A stretch of 62,997 bases of DNA, the filler included, from Chiloscyllium plagiosum (Eukaryota), in NCBI RefSeq assembly GCF_004010195.1. It is 3 parts of one record of this genome, joined end to end, with 100 filler letters (N's around TTAATTAATTAA, not from the genome) between each part and the next. Parts side by side here need not be neighbours in the genome. Positions count along the whole stretch, not along the records: positions 57,752 to 62,997 come from NC_057717.1; 2 more parts are not named here. One strand, given 5' to 3'. Shown here one piece after another: positions 62,396 to 62,997 of the stretch (positions are counted from its first letter, which is position 1; each line of letters begins with the position of its first letter). A model generated the notes under the pieces. It was not told the DNA's origin and searched no databases. It saw nothing but the letters and a program-made list of their open reading frames with translations. A program made the translations under genes and the position numbers.

Positions 62396-62997
62396 TTGTA
62401 ATCTTATGTAATCTTCTTCACCTTCCACTATATAACTAATCTTGTTGTCAACCAAAATTTGCTCACCATACTTTGTATTATCCTCATCTAAATAATTGAT
62501 GTAAATGACAACCAAAAGTGGATCCGGCAGCTATCCCTTTGGAATGTCACTGGTCACAGGCCTCCAGTCCAAAAGTCAACTTTCCTCCACCACCCTCTGC
62601 CTCATGCCAATAAGCTGAAACACACACATGCATACAGACAAAGAGCACAGACACAGTTATGTCTTAAAGACAGAGATAGATATATTCTGATTGATAAGTG
62701 GATCACGATAACAGTGAGAAGGCGGGATAAATTTGTTGAGGAACATGTCAGCCCTTATTGAACAGCAGATCAGACTTGTTGAACCAAACAGTCTAGTTCT
62801 GCACCAATTTCATACGCTCTATGGTCTACGCTATCTGAAATGGCTAATCAAGAGAGCAGTGTAGGCTGCGTTTGATAAATACTTTACTGAACGTGGCCAA
62901 TGGGAATGTAGGATAGGTTTGAGGGGCTGAATGGTCTATGTCTTTCCTATTGGTTGTGTCCTCATTTTTAAAGAAAATGCAAGCTGACTTGCTGTGA

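Overview
Repeat-dominated vertebrate DNA, very probably from a shark (HE1-type tRNA-SINEs, HER1/CR1 LINEs, shark-type GPR139-like receptor). It is a scaffold of five contigs separated by two 500-N gaps and two 100-bp gaps carrying an artificial TTAATTAATTAA linker. The only well-supported host gene is a two-exon class A GPCR of the GPR139/GPR142-like family on the + strand (exon 1 24452-24674, exon 2 35939-36848, about 376 aa). It has a 7/14-aa repeat N-terminus and two +1 frameshifts, both in poly-T runs. The rest is nested CR1, Rex1-like, Penelope-like (GIY-YIG) and two Gmr1-like Gypsy LTR remnants, plus minisatellites and several tiers of local duplication. Notable signals: (i) many Penelope-derived minimal hammerhead ribozyme motifs, including ~90-200 bp insertions with long target-site duplications and one fold-back element; (ii) a GC-rich candidate terminal exon/3'UTR of an unidentified minus-strand gene (about 56653 to 52310); (iii) an inverted paralogue of the GPCR upstream region near 60.5-61.3 kb, hinting at a receptor cluster. 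Family names come from motif recognition by eye, not database searches, and most repeat boundaries are approximate.
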